DNA from: an uncultured Melioribacter sp.
GTDB lineage: Bacteria > Bacteroidota > Ignavibacteria > Ignavibacteriales > Melioribacteraceae
Direction: 5' to 3'
NCBI GenBank assembly: GCA_964510325.1
Contig: CAZEBL010000001.1
Location: 1-36,077, forward strand
Length of the DNA stretch: 36,077 nt
Shown: positions 17,231 to 25,459 of the stretch, piece by piece
How the letters are laid out: the number at the start of each line of letters is the position of its first letter
Position numbering within the stretch: the stretch's first letter is position 1
Program-made: the position numbers and the translations under genes
Notes under the pieces: generated by a model
Told to the model about the DNA's origin: nothing
The model's database searches: none
The model's input: only the letters and a program-made list of their open reading frames with translations

Positions 17231-19240
17231 TTAATATTTTGAAGAGATATACTTTATGCATTCAATTGCTCCTTTATGATTTGGATTTAATCTTAGACAT
17301 TCATAGAAATCTTTGCCAGCCAGTTCATACTTTTTAAGAGAAAGAAAACAATATCCACGGTTAAATAAAGGATCAGGATAATTTGGATCAATCTTAATTG
17401 CATCGGTCAAAAGCTCAATAGCTTCATTAAAATAATTTCGTTTCATCAAAACAGTTGCAAGATTATTTAGTGCTTTTGCATTCTGAGGTTCTATTTCAAG
17501 TGCTCTAATAAAATTCAAATGTGCATTTTGCATATCTCCCATTAAATAGTAAATATTTCCACGGTTATTGAAATAACGGGAATTGTATGGATTAATTTTG
17601 ATAGCTCTGTTTGAATAATAAAGTGAGGAGTCGAGCTGATTTGTAATTTGAAATGCAATTGATAAATTGTTGAGAGCATTATGGTAATCGGGTGATAATT
17701 TAATCGCTCGCTTATAATAAAATATTGCACTGTCAATAAATCCCATTCCTTGAAACGTGTATCCCTTGTTGTTCATATACATCGGATTTTTATAATTTAT
17801 TGTAATAGCTTTATCAAAGTCGACAAGAGATGTCTTAAACATATTGCGTTCCCGGAACACAATACCTCTGTGGTTATAAGCATCCGCATAATTCGAATCA
17901 AGCTCAATAGCTTTTGAAAACTGCGCTATTGCTTTATCATATTCCTTCTGTGAGTAATAATAAGTACCCAGATTATTGTGAGGAACTGGATTAAGGGGAG
18001 CTGCATCTATGTTTTGCTGCCAGAGTGTAACACCATCTTGCCAGTATCGGTTTTGATTGAATGTTAAGATTGAAAAAAGAATGACTACTAAACCAAGGCT
18101 ATACTGAATCAATTTCGGCTTTTCTTTAAAAAGAAGATATAAACCTGATGTTAAAGCAAGTCCGAATCCGATTACAACTGCATATAGCCGGTATTCATTG
18201 ATAACAAATTTGAGAGGGATAATGCTCGATTCAATTGCAAGAAGAATAAAAAACCAGAAAATAGAAAAGCTTAAATGAGGATATTTTTTTATAGAATATA
18301 TTCCACTTATCAACAGGATAATTAGTAAAACCAAGCTTAACAATACAGATAATTCAAAGAGAGAATTCGAAATGGGGAAGTAATAGAATAAATGATGATT
18401 ATAAGGAAGAAATAAGAGCCGTAAGTAGGTAACCAGAACTCTAAGTTCCGTTAAAAAATAATTATAGATAGGAGGTGCATCAACTTGAGTTGGAATTCCA
18501 TAAATGAAAATCATCCAGAATATTCCCGCAAAAACGATTGCAATGTAAAGGTAGATTATTCTGCTAACTTTATTACTTTCATTGCGTAGTAAAAGAAATT
18601 CAATAAGGATGATGGCTAAAGGTAAGGAATAGATAATTTCCTTACTGAATATTCCTAATATGAATGAAATTATTGATAGAAAGAAAAGTCCGATTTTACT
18701 TTTTTTGTTTGAAGGATGAATAAACCTTCCCTTCAAATAAAAGCAAAGCGAGAGAAGATAAAATAAGATAGCTAACGAGACCATCCTCTGGGTTATGTAG
18801 GTTACTGCCTGAACCTGAACGGGATGAACAGCAAAAATAAGAGATGTGAAAAGTGCAATAGTTTTTTGCTTATTTTTTAATGGGTTATGGAACATAACAG
18901 GTGATTGGAATAAGAGGTTTACAAACCAATAGACTAAAAATGTATTTATAAGATGAATTAAAAAGTTTGTAAGGTGATAATAAACTACATTATAGCCACC
19001 CATAAGAAAGTTAATTGTAAAAGTTAAATACGGTATTTGACGGTTATACAAGGGAAGGAGCCACCTCTCAATATCTAAAAATTTACCAATGTAACCGATA
19101 GAAGGATTGTTCAGAATTGTATGGTTATCATCCAGCTGAAATCCTGTTGTGAATGAATTGCTGTAAGCCAATACCAGAATTGCAGGAATTGCAATGAAAG
19201 GGAGAAATGATTTTATTTTTTCTTTTAACTCTCTTTTCAT
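17231..19240 (-). CDS. Polytopic membrane protein with a C-terminal TPR array; TMTC-like GT-C family glycosyltransferase candidate
   Basis: The N-terminal ~400 aa contain many TM helices. A first-loop acidic motif (FQLDDNHTILNNPSI) resembles the DD/DE motif of PMT/TMTC-type GT-C enzymes. The C-terminal ~250 aa contain multiple TPR repeats (e.g. AIAQFSKAIELDSNYADAYNHRG, AIKLSPDYHNALNNL). Confidence 0.55.
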   Translation of the reverse strand: MKRELKEKIKSFLPFIAIPAILVLAYSNSFTTGFQLDDNHTILNNPSIGYIGKFLDIERWLLPLYNRQIPYLTFTINFLMGGYNVVYYHLTNFLIHLINTFLVYWFVNLLFQSPVMFHNPLKNKQKTIALFTSLIFAVHPVQVQAVTYITQRMVSLAILFYLLSLCFYLKGRFIHPSNKKSKIGLFFLSIISFILGIFSKEIIYSLPLAIILIEFLLLRNESNKVSRIIYLYIAIVFAGIFWMIFIYGIPTQVDAPPIYNYFLTELRVLVTYLRLLFLPYNHHLFYYFPISNSLFELSVLLSLVLLIILLISGIYSIKKYPHLSFSIFWFFILLAIESSIIPLKFVINEYRLYAVVIGFGLALTSGLYLLFKEKPKLIQYSLGLVVILFSILTFNQNRYWQDGVTLWQQNIDAAPLNPVPHNNLGTYYYSQKEYDKAIAQFSKAIELDSNYADAYNHRGIVFRERNMFKTSLVDFDKAITINYKNPMYMNNKGYTFQGMGFIDSAIFYYKRAIKLSPDYHNALNNLSIAFQITNQLDSSLYYSNRAIKINPYNSRYFNNRGNIYYLMGDMQNAHLNFIRALEIEPQNAKALNNLATVLMKRNYFNEAIELLTDAIKIDPNYPDPLFNRGYCFLSLKKYELAGKDFYECLRLNPNHKGAIECIKYISSKY

Positions 19241-20148
19241 TTCAAATTTTCAGTAATTTTTTTACCGAATTTAAACTTTGAAATTACACCGGGATCGTAA
19301 AGTGAGAATAAAGATAGAGTAATGATGACAAGAATCATACCTTGGGCAGGGCTTAGATTATAAAAATAACCCGATACAAAGTGAGAACGCCAATGACCAA
19401 GCCATCCGGGAATTCTTTCTAAGTAGATCTTAAATTCTCCGTCGATAGTTGTTACAGCCTTTTCTACAGGGTATGGGGGAGTTTTTTCAATAATACCTAA
19501 GTAGAATAAGATAAATATTATAATCGCAGTTAATGAAGTTAACAAAAACCTTTTGGTAACCCAGAATTTTTTTTTATTATTATTCAAAGATTGTAATGGG
19601 TAAAATCCGTAGTATAAAAGTAGTCCGCCTACAGTCCCTAATGTGTTAATCAGAAAATCATTAAAGTCGAGATACTTATGACCCGGTGCAGTAATATAGA
19701 ATTGAAAGACTTCATCCAGAATTCCAATTAAAGTACCGGCGAATAATATTTTATGGTAGAGAAACTTCTTTCTGCCCGGATCAAAAGTCCAGCCGATTAA
19801 AAAGACCAGTCCGATGTACTGAATAAAATGGATATACTCAACCGTATGAAGGCTGAATACACGGTAAAAGTAGTAAACGAAAATCAGGTAGCAATACAAA
19901 AAGAGAAATGTATAAATTCGGTTTACACCTTTTCTTGCTCGATAATAAATATAAAGAGCGAGTATTAATATTATTACAATGCTAGCTTCAACAGAATAAT
20001 TTCTTGGTACAACATTTCCAGTAATCCATTTCATATTTCCAACAACAAGAGCCGTTACTTCAACGTGAAGAAAAAAGGAGAGGATAATATAAATGATGGT
20101 TAAAAATAAGAATAATGGTGTTATGAACTTATTTCTTGAACGAGCCAT
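19237..20148 (-). CDS. VanZ-like integral membrane protein (start uncertain)
   Basis: It has multiple TM helices and a VanZ-like block: LDEVFQFYITAPGHKYLDFNDFLINTLGTVGG. The ORF track extends it to 20331. That extension runs into an intergenic-type hairpin repeat (20269-20292) and is not membrane-like. The ATG at 20148 (MARSRNKFITPLFLFL...) is followed directly by the first TM helix. The stop overlaps the downstream gene's start (ATGA). Confidence 0.55.
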   Translation of the reverse strand: MARSRNKFITPLFLFLTIIYIILSFFLHVEVTALVVGNMKWITGNVVPRNYSVEASIVIILILALYIYYRARKGVNRIYTFLFLYCYLIFVYYFYRVFSLHTVEYIHFIQYIGLVFLIGWTFDPGRKKFLYHKILFAGTLIGILDEVFQFYITAPGHKYLDFNDFLINTLGTVGGLLLYYGFYPLQSLNNNKKKFWVTKRFLLTSLTAIIIFILFYLGIIEKTPPYPVEKAVTTIDGEFKIYLERIPGWLGHWRSHFVSGYFYNLSPAQGMILVIITLSLFSLYDPGVISKFKFGKKITENLK

Positions 20149-20268
20149 ACTTAAGTTCACTGCTCTTTTGGATTCTGACTTCAATTTAATAAAAGAAATT
20201 ATTAGTAGTAAGAAATATTTATAATGCGTCGGAACGTTGTGATAAGAGCCTGGAATGGCAAATGTAAT

Positions 20269-20452
20269 GTCATCCTGACGAAAGTCAGTATCTACATTGC
20301 ACAGGATTATTATTGGTGCAGATTCCGGCATTTAACGGAATGACAAAGAATCTGTCATTCTTAGGAGTCCCGATAGAATCGGGACGACGAAAAATCTATT
20401 TGAATAAAGTGAGATTGAGATTCTTTATCCCGCCTTGCGGGATTCAGAATGA
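20269..20452. repeat. Cluster of short hairpin-cored repeat units (REP/MITE-like), GTCATyC...stem-3 nt loop-stem...ATC type
   Basis: Unit 1 (20269-20292): GTCATCC-TGAC-gaa-GTCA-GTATC. Small palindrome (20337-20359): GAATGACA-aagaatc-TGTCATTC. Unit 3 (20353-20395): GTCATTCT..TCCCGAT-aga-ATCGGGA..GAAAAATC. Unit 4 (20416-20452), in inverted orientation, reads as reverse complement GTCATTCT..ATCCCGC-aag-GCGGGAT..AAGAATCTC. Confidence 0.7.
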
Positions 20453-20542
20453 CAGGGTGTAGATGGCGGCATGAGCTGGAATAATAATTCTCTTATCAAT
20501 TTTTAAGCAACTCGGTATTGGTTTCAGTAAAAGAGTTTAAAG

Positions 20543-20567
20543 TAAAAAAGGCTTCATTTAGAAGCCT
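20543..20567 (-). terminator. Rho-independent terminator immediately 3' of tRNA-Ser
   Basis: On the minus strand: AAGGCTTC-taaat-GAAGCCTT followed by a T-run (TTTTTT), starting right after the tRNA CCA end. Confidence 0.7.
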
Positions 20568-20659
20568 TTGGCGGAGAGAGAGAGATTCGAACTCTCGGTA
20601 GCAGTTTCCCACTACGACGGTTTAGCAAACCGTTGGTTTCAGCCACTCACCCACCTCTC
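20568..20659 (-). tRNA. tRNA-Ser (anticodon GCT), class II with long variable arm, CCA encoded
   Basis: The reverse complement folds by hand as follows. Acceptor: GGAGAGG/TCTCTCC. Anticodon arm: ACGGT-TTGCTAA-ACCGT (anticodon GCT). Long variable arm: CGTAGTGGGAAACTGCTAC. T-arm: GAGAG-TTCGAAT-CTCTC. Discriminator G plus CCA. Confidence 0.9.
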
Positions 20660-20708
20660 CGTGCGCTGAAATTCAAAATTTTGCAGCGCCAATATAATCA
20701 TAGCATAA

Positions 20709-22964
20709 TTAAAATAAAAATTTATAACTCAACTTAACATTTCTACCGGGCATAAGTGCAAAACTCTTAATAGTCGAAAGGTGATCTCTGTATTCTTGAT
20801 TGAATAGGTTCTCTGCCCTAAGATTTACAATGTGATAGCTCTTTCCACTTAAAATTTTAGTCCCTACATACAAATCAACAAGTCCATAACCTTTTGTGGG
20901 GTCCTCAAAAGGTGCAACATTATTCTGATCGGCTACTAACTTCCAATTTAATCCAAACCAGTAATTGTCATCAGCGTATCTTGGTTCAATCGAAAATCTG
21001 AATGGGGGAATTTGGGGAAGAGAAGTTGAATTTGAAATTTGATTTCCCTTTACATAATCCATAATTGCTGTAATTGATATTTGTCGTGTTATTTCGTACT
21101 GTGCTTTTAATTCGAACCCAAAAAGCTCTGCTTCTGATTGGCGATATCTATAAACTGGAACACCCTCTCCGAAATTATTAAACGGTGCACTGCTTTCAGG
21201 ATTGTAATATAGATCTGTTGGTGCTCTAAATATAAAGTCTTTCATCCTGTTATAATACCCGCTTAACTCAACAAGGTGATGATATTTTCTTAATCGGAAT
21301 CCGAAATCAAATCCGATATTTTTTTCGTTCACTAAATTTCTGTCCCCGATATCAAATGTTCCCGTTGCACCATGGATGGAATATGAGGATAATTCTTCAA
21401 TTGTTGGAGAACGAAATGCATTTGCGAAATTACTGAATAAAGAGATCTCATCAGTTAAATTGTATACTATTCCGAATGAAGCACTTAAAGAAGTATAATC
21501 CTTTTCTTCCGATGAAAATATTTCACCGGATAGTTCTGATTCAGGAATCTTAATCACATTTTTTTCAATCCTTGCACCGAATTGTAAATTAAATCTGCCA
21601 AGTTTATACTGCTCAACAAAGTAGCCGGCTATTCCGAAATAATCTGCATTAGGAGTAAATGCTTCTTCTCCCTGAATAGTATAATTCTGGGTAAGTAAAT
21701 AAATTCCGAAAACACCTTTAATATTTTCAAATAACGGTGAATGTGTAAATGATAAATCTGCAGAAAAAGTTTTGAGTCCGAACTCTGTTTCAATTTCTCC
21801 TGATTTTTTCAAAATCTCTTTATGATCATAATCCTGGTACCCGGTTTTCAAACTGAAAGAATTGATAAAAGAATTGATACGAGAACTTTCCACAAGGAAC
21901 CGGATTTCTTTTTTATTCATTTCAATATCAATAGGATCGGGAGATTCATAATTCTCTGGATTGAAAAACTCTTCTTCCGTTTTAATAGGGATACCATATT
22001 TTGTGTTGAATGAAGAATAGCTCAGTCCGCCAAGACCGAACGACGGGATAAATGAGAAACCAAACTGATAACCGGTAGAAAATTGATCAGAATTTTCAAC
22101 ATCGAAACCGTTTCCACCAATATAATTTGCAGTTTTCCTTCTAAAATAATTTGCATGGAAAGCGAAATCGTTGACACCGTAATGTAAATCACCGCTTCCG
22201 GAAAATTCTTTATTAAAGGTTGACATAGAGACATTTAAATCTCCATCGAGATGATCCGGGATGTAACGCGGTATTGCTTCTGTTATAATATTTATAACGC
22301 CGCCAAGAGCATTACTACCGTATAATAAACTTGCCGGTCCGCGCAAAACCTCCAAGCGTTCTGATGTTGAACCATCATTCGAAATTCCGTGATCGTCCGA
22401 TGTATTGGATAAATCCCCCATACGTAAACCGTTTTCAAGAATCAAAATACGGTTGTTGCTAAATCCTCTTATTACTGGTCGGGATGTGGCAATTCCGTTT
22501 GAACGGACAGAAATGCCGGGTTGATAATTTAGAGTATTAGAAATATTGGAGCTACTCCTAATTAGTAAATCCAGATTTGAAATTGATAAAGTACTTTGCG
22601 CAATATCTTTAGTATCCGTGCCGAAGGGATTTCCGGTTACAACAACATCATTTAGATTTACTGTGCCTTCTTCCAATTCAACCTTGATGTTATCATCACC
22701 GGGTAAAGTGATTTTCTTAACGATTGTCTTGTGACCTATGTAAGAGAACCTAATTGTGTAAGTACCATTTTTAATATTATTGAATTCGAATGTACCATCG
22801 AGTGATGATGCTGTTCCTATTTTTAATTCATCAATTAAAATGTTCACACCCAGAAGCGGAGTCCCATCTTTTTTATCCAGAACCTTGCCCGAAATTTTAT
22901 TCTGTGCACAAACTGATGTAGATAATATTAACGTGGTTAAAAAAATAAATCGATATAATTTCAT
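20709..22964 (-). CDS. TonB-dependent outer-membrane receptor with an N-terminal CarboxypepD_reg-like domain
   Basis: It has a signal peptide. The CarboxypepD_reg block is ISGKVLDKKDGTPLLGVNILI...DGTFEFNNIKNGTYTIRFSYIGHK. The plug block is RPVIRGFSNNRILILENGLRMGD...LEVLRGPASLLYGSNALGGVINIIT. A long beta-barrel region ends in a C-terminal aromatic residue (KLSYKFLF). Confidence 0.88.
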   Translation of the reverse strand: MKLYRFIFLTTLILSTSVCAQNKISGKVLDKKDGTPLLGVNILIDELKIGTASSLDGTFEFNNIKNGTYTIRFSYIGHKTIVKKITLPGDDNIKVELEEGTVNLNDVVVTGNPFGTDTKDIAQSTLSISNLDLLIRSSSNISNTLNYQPGISVRSNGIATSRPVIRGFSNNRILILENGLRMGDLSNTSDDHGISNDGSTSERLEVLRGPASLLYGSNALGGVINIITEAIPRYIPDHLDGDLNVSMSTFNKEFSGSGDLHYGVNDFAFHANYFRRKTANYIGGNGFDVENSDQFSTGYQFGFSFIPSFGLGGLSYSSFNTKYGIPIKTEEEFFNPENYESPDPIDIEMNKKEIRFLVESSRINSFINSFSLKTGYQDYDHKEILKKSGEIETEFGLKTFSADLSFTHSPLFENIKGVFGIYLLTQNYTIQGEEAFTPNADYFGIAGYFVEQYKLGRFNLQFGARIEKNVIKIPESELSGEIFSSEEKDYTSLSASFGIVYNLTDEISLFSNFANAFRSPTIEELSSYSIHGATGTFDIGDRNLVNEKNIGFDFGFRLRKYHHLVELSGYYNRMKDFIFRAPTDLYYNPESSAPFNNFGEGVPVYRYRQSEAELFGFELKAQYEITRQISITAIMDYVKGNQISNSTSLPQIPPFRFSIEPRYADDNYWFGLNWKLVADQNNVAPFEDPTKGYGLVDLYVGTKILSGKSYHIVNLRAENLFNQEYRDHLSTIKSFALMPGRNVKLSYKFLF

Positions 22965-23009
22965 AATTCTGTTTCCTCAAAATATTATTAATAGAAAAGA
23001 GTGAAAGAA

Positions 23010-23363
23010 TTATGCAAAAGGAGGACCTCGTAATCCGAATGATTTAATAAGAGAGTATTTATAATTATCAGTTAAGCTGAATTTTAAATCAATAGATGAG
23101 AAATCAAACCGTAATTGATCTGACTTTTCAGATAGTGGAGCAGAATTGTAATTACGTACGTAATCATTTATTCTGCAAATACCGGATTCATCTGCAAATG
23201 GATCCTGATGGTTTAGTTTATCATTATTATCAAAATAAATTTCGGTAAATAATTTAAGGTAATGCCATGTATGGTTATGAATTACAGGAGAAAAAATTAT
23301 AGTTACCTGAATAAAAATAGTAAGTAATGAGATTAATCTTATTTTCTTTCTAATCAGGTTCAT
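23010..23363 (-). CDS. Small N-terminally anchored/secreted hypothetical protein with a His cluster, co-directional with the TonB-dependent receptor
   Basis: 117 aa. The N-terminus (MNLIRKKIRLISLLTIFIQVTIIFSPVI) is hydrophobic and is followed directly by HNHTWH. The C-terminus reads LRGPPFA. There is a 45-nt gap to the receptor gene. No family assignment is possible by eye. Confidence 0.45.
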   Translation of the reverse strand: MNLIRKKIRLISLLTIFIQVTIIFSPVIHNHTWHYLKLFTEIYFDNNDKLNHQDPFADESGICRINDYVRNYNSAPLSEKSDQLRFDFSSIDLKFSLTDNYKYSLIKSFGLRGPPFA

Positions 23364-23481
23364 TGTGGCCAGTTTTATTACAATTAATTTTTATTGATTA
23401 TTGGTAATTCAAATTCTATTTTCCAACACAAATCTAAAGACAAATTATCTTACATAAAAGTTCAATAAAACGGAGCTTAGT

Positions 23482-25374
23482 ATGAAAGAAAATATATTAA
23501 ATGGGGAGGTTTATTATCCTTCTCAGGATGTAATAAATAATGCAAATATTAAAAACTGGGAAGAACTTGATAAAAAAGCTAAACAAGATTATCCCGCATT
23601 CTGGTCTTCAATAGCCGAGGAACTACAGTGGTTCAAAAAATGGGAAAAAGTAATTGATGACTCCCAAAAACCGTTTTATAAATGGTTTACAGGTGCTAAG
23701 ACTAATATAGTATATAACTGTCTGGACACACATGTAAAAACTTTCCGAAGAAATAAATTAGCGTTGATCTGGGAAGGCGAGAATGGTGAAAGTAAAACAT
23801 TTTCTTATTTCGCATTACACAGAGAAACGTGCAAGTTTGCTAACATATTAAAAAGTCTTGGTGTAAATCGCGGAGATAGAGTAACAATCTATATGGGAAG
23901 AACACCGGAAATAATTATGGCAATGCTTGCATGTGCACGGATTGGAGCAATTCATTCAGTCGTATATGGCGGATTTTCTGTTGAGTCTCTGGCAGAAAGA
24001 ATTGAAGACAGTAATTCTAAAGTATTAATTGTATCCGATGGTGCTTATCAGCGCGGGAAAGTAATCCCTTTAAAACAAATTGCAGACGAAGCTTTACAAA
24101 GATGCGGTACGGTTGAACATGTTCTTGTAGTTAAAAGAACAGGTCAACAGGTTAACATGGAACAGGGAAGAGATATGTGGCTTCATGAACTTATGAATCT
24201 TCCAATAGCAACAATGAACTGCGCTTTAGAAGTTATGGATGCTGAAGATCCTTTGTTTATACTATATACTTCGGGAACAACCGGAAAACCAAAAGCAATT
24301 CTCCATACACACGGCGGATATATGGTTGGAACCTACGCCTCACTTAAGTATGTATTCGATATACATGAAGAAGACCGTTACTGGTGTGCGGCAGATCCCG
24401 GATGGATTACAGGGCACAGTTACATTGTATATGGACCATTACTGAATGGCACTACTTCATTTTTATATGAAGGAGCCCCAAATTTCCCTTATCCCAACAG
24501 ATGGTGGTCAATGATAGAACGTTATGGAATTAATATTCTTTATACAGCACCAACGGCAATTAGAGGATTAATGCGTTTTGGTGAATCGTGGGTTAACCGG
24601 CACGATTTATCATCATTACGATTACTTGGTTCAGTTGGTGAACCGATTAATCCCGAAGCGTGGAAATGGTATTACCGTGTTGTAGGAAAAGAGAAATGCC
24701 CGATTATGGATACATGGTGGCAAACAGAAACAGGAATGTTTATGATTACCCCGATGCCTTGCGTTCCATTAAAACCTGGTTCCGGCACGCGTCCTTTCCC
24801 AGGAATTGAAATGGATATTTTTGATGAAGATGGTAAACCGGTTAAACCAAATGATGAAGGATTTTTAATAATTAAAACACCATGGCCAGCTATGATTCGC
24901 ACTGTTTATAATGACCCTGAAAGATATATTAATCAATATTGGAGCAAATACCCGGGTGTTTATTTAACAGGTGATAGTGCAAGAAAAGACGAAGATGGTT
25001 ATTTCTGGATAATCGGAAGAGTTGATGATGTAATAAAAGTATCTGGTTACCGTCTTGGAACAGCAGAAATTGAAAGTGCACTTGTAAGTCATCATACTGT
25101 AGCAGAAGCTGCTGCAATTGGAATTCCTCACGAAGTTAAAGGGAATGCTATTTATGCTTATGTTATACTTAAAAGCGGTATCGAAAAATCACAAAATCTA
25201 ATCGAAGAGTTAAGACAACATGTTAGTCACGAAGTTGGACCGATTGCAAAACCTGAGCATATCGAGATTGTTGATTCATTACCAAAAACACGAAGTGGTA
25301 AAATTATGAGAAGAGTTCTTAAAGCAAGAGCACTCGGTCAGGATCCCGGTAATATTTCAACGATGGAGGAATAA
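23482..25374 (+). CDS. acs: Acetyl-CoA synthetase (AMP-forming)
   Basis: Motifs: YTSGTTGKPKAILHTHGGY, WWQTETG, YLTGDSARKDEDGYFWIIGRVDDVIKVSGYRLGTAEIESAL, PKTRSGKIMRRVL. Confidence 0.93.
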   Translation: MKENILNGEVYYPSQDVINNANIKNWEELDKKAKQDYPAFWSSIAEELQWFKKWEKVIDDSQKPFYKWFTGAKTNIVYNCLDTHVKTFRRNKLALIWEGENGESKTFSYFALHRETCKFANILKSLGVNRGDRVTIYMGRTPEIIMAMLACARIGAIHSVVYGGFSVESLAERIEDSNSKVLIVSDGAYQRGKVIPLKQIADEALQRCGTVEHVLVVKRTGQQVNMEQGRDMWLHELMNLPIATMNCALEVMDAEDPLFILYTSGTTGKPKAILHTHGGYMVGTYASLKYVFDIHEEDRYWCAADPGWITGHSYIVYGPLLNGTTSFLYEGAPNFPYPNRWWSMIERYGINILYTAPTAIRGLMRFGESWVNRHDLSSLRLLGSVGEPINPEAWKWYYRVVGKEKCPIMDTWWQTETGMFMITPMPCVPLKPGSGTRPFPGIEMDIFDEDGKPVKPNDEGFLIIKTPWPAMIRTVYNDPERYINQYWSKYPGVYLTGDSARKDEDGYFWIIGRVDDVIKVSGYRLGTAEIESALVSHHTVAEAAAIGIPHEVKGNAIYAYVILKSGIEKSQNLIEELRQHVSHEVGPIAKPEHIEIVDSLPKTRSGKIMRRVLKARALGQDPGNISTMEE

Positions 25375-25459
25375 ACACTTTATTTTGGTGTGGAATTTCT
25401 GTTATAATAGTTTATTTTCTGAACTGTAAATATTTTCTTCTTGTTCGGGATACTTTTAA

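Noticed and set aside
20149-20331. The 61-codon N-terminal extension of the VanZ-like ORF (ORF-track start at 20331).
   Set aside because: The extension is not hydrophobic, and it contains hairpin repeat unit 1 (20269-20292). An internal ATG at 20148 is followed directly by the first TM helix. It is more likely non-coding read-through of the repeat region.
20269-20452. Possible CRISPR array, because of several short palindromic units.
   Set aside because: The units differ in sequence and length, occur in both orientations, and are not separated by regular unique spacers. No cas genes are in the window.
24239-25117. Alternative-frame or antisense ORFs within acs: 24239-24445(+), 24672-24902(-), 24929-25117(-).
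   Set aside because: They are embedded in a highly conserved acetyl-CoA synthetase frame and have no independent signals.
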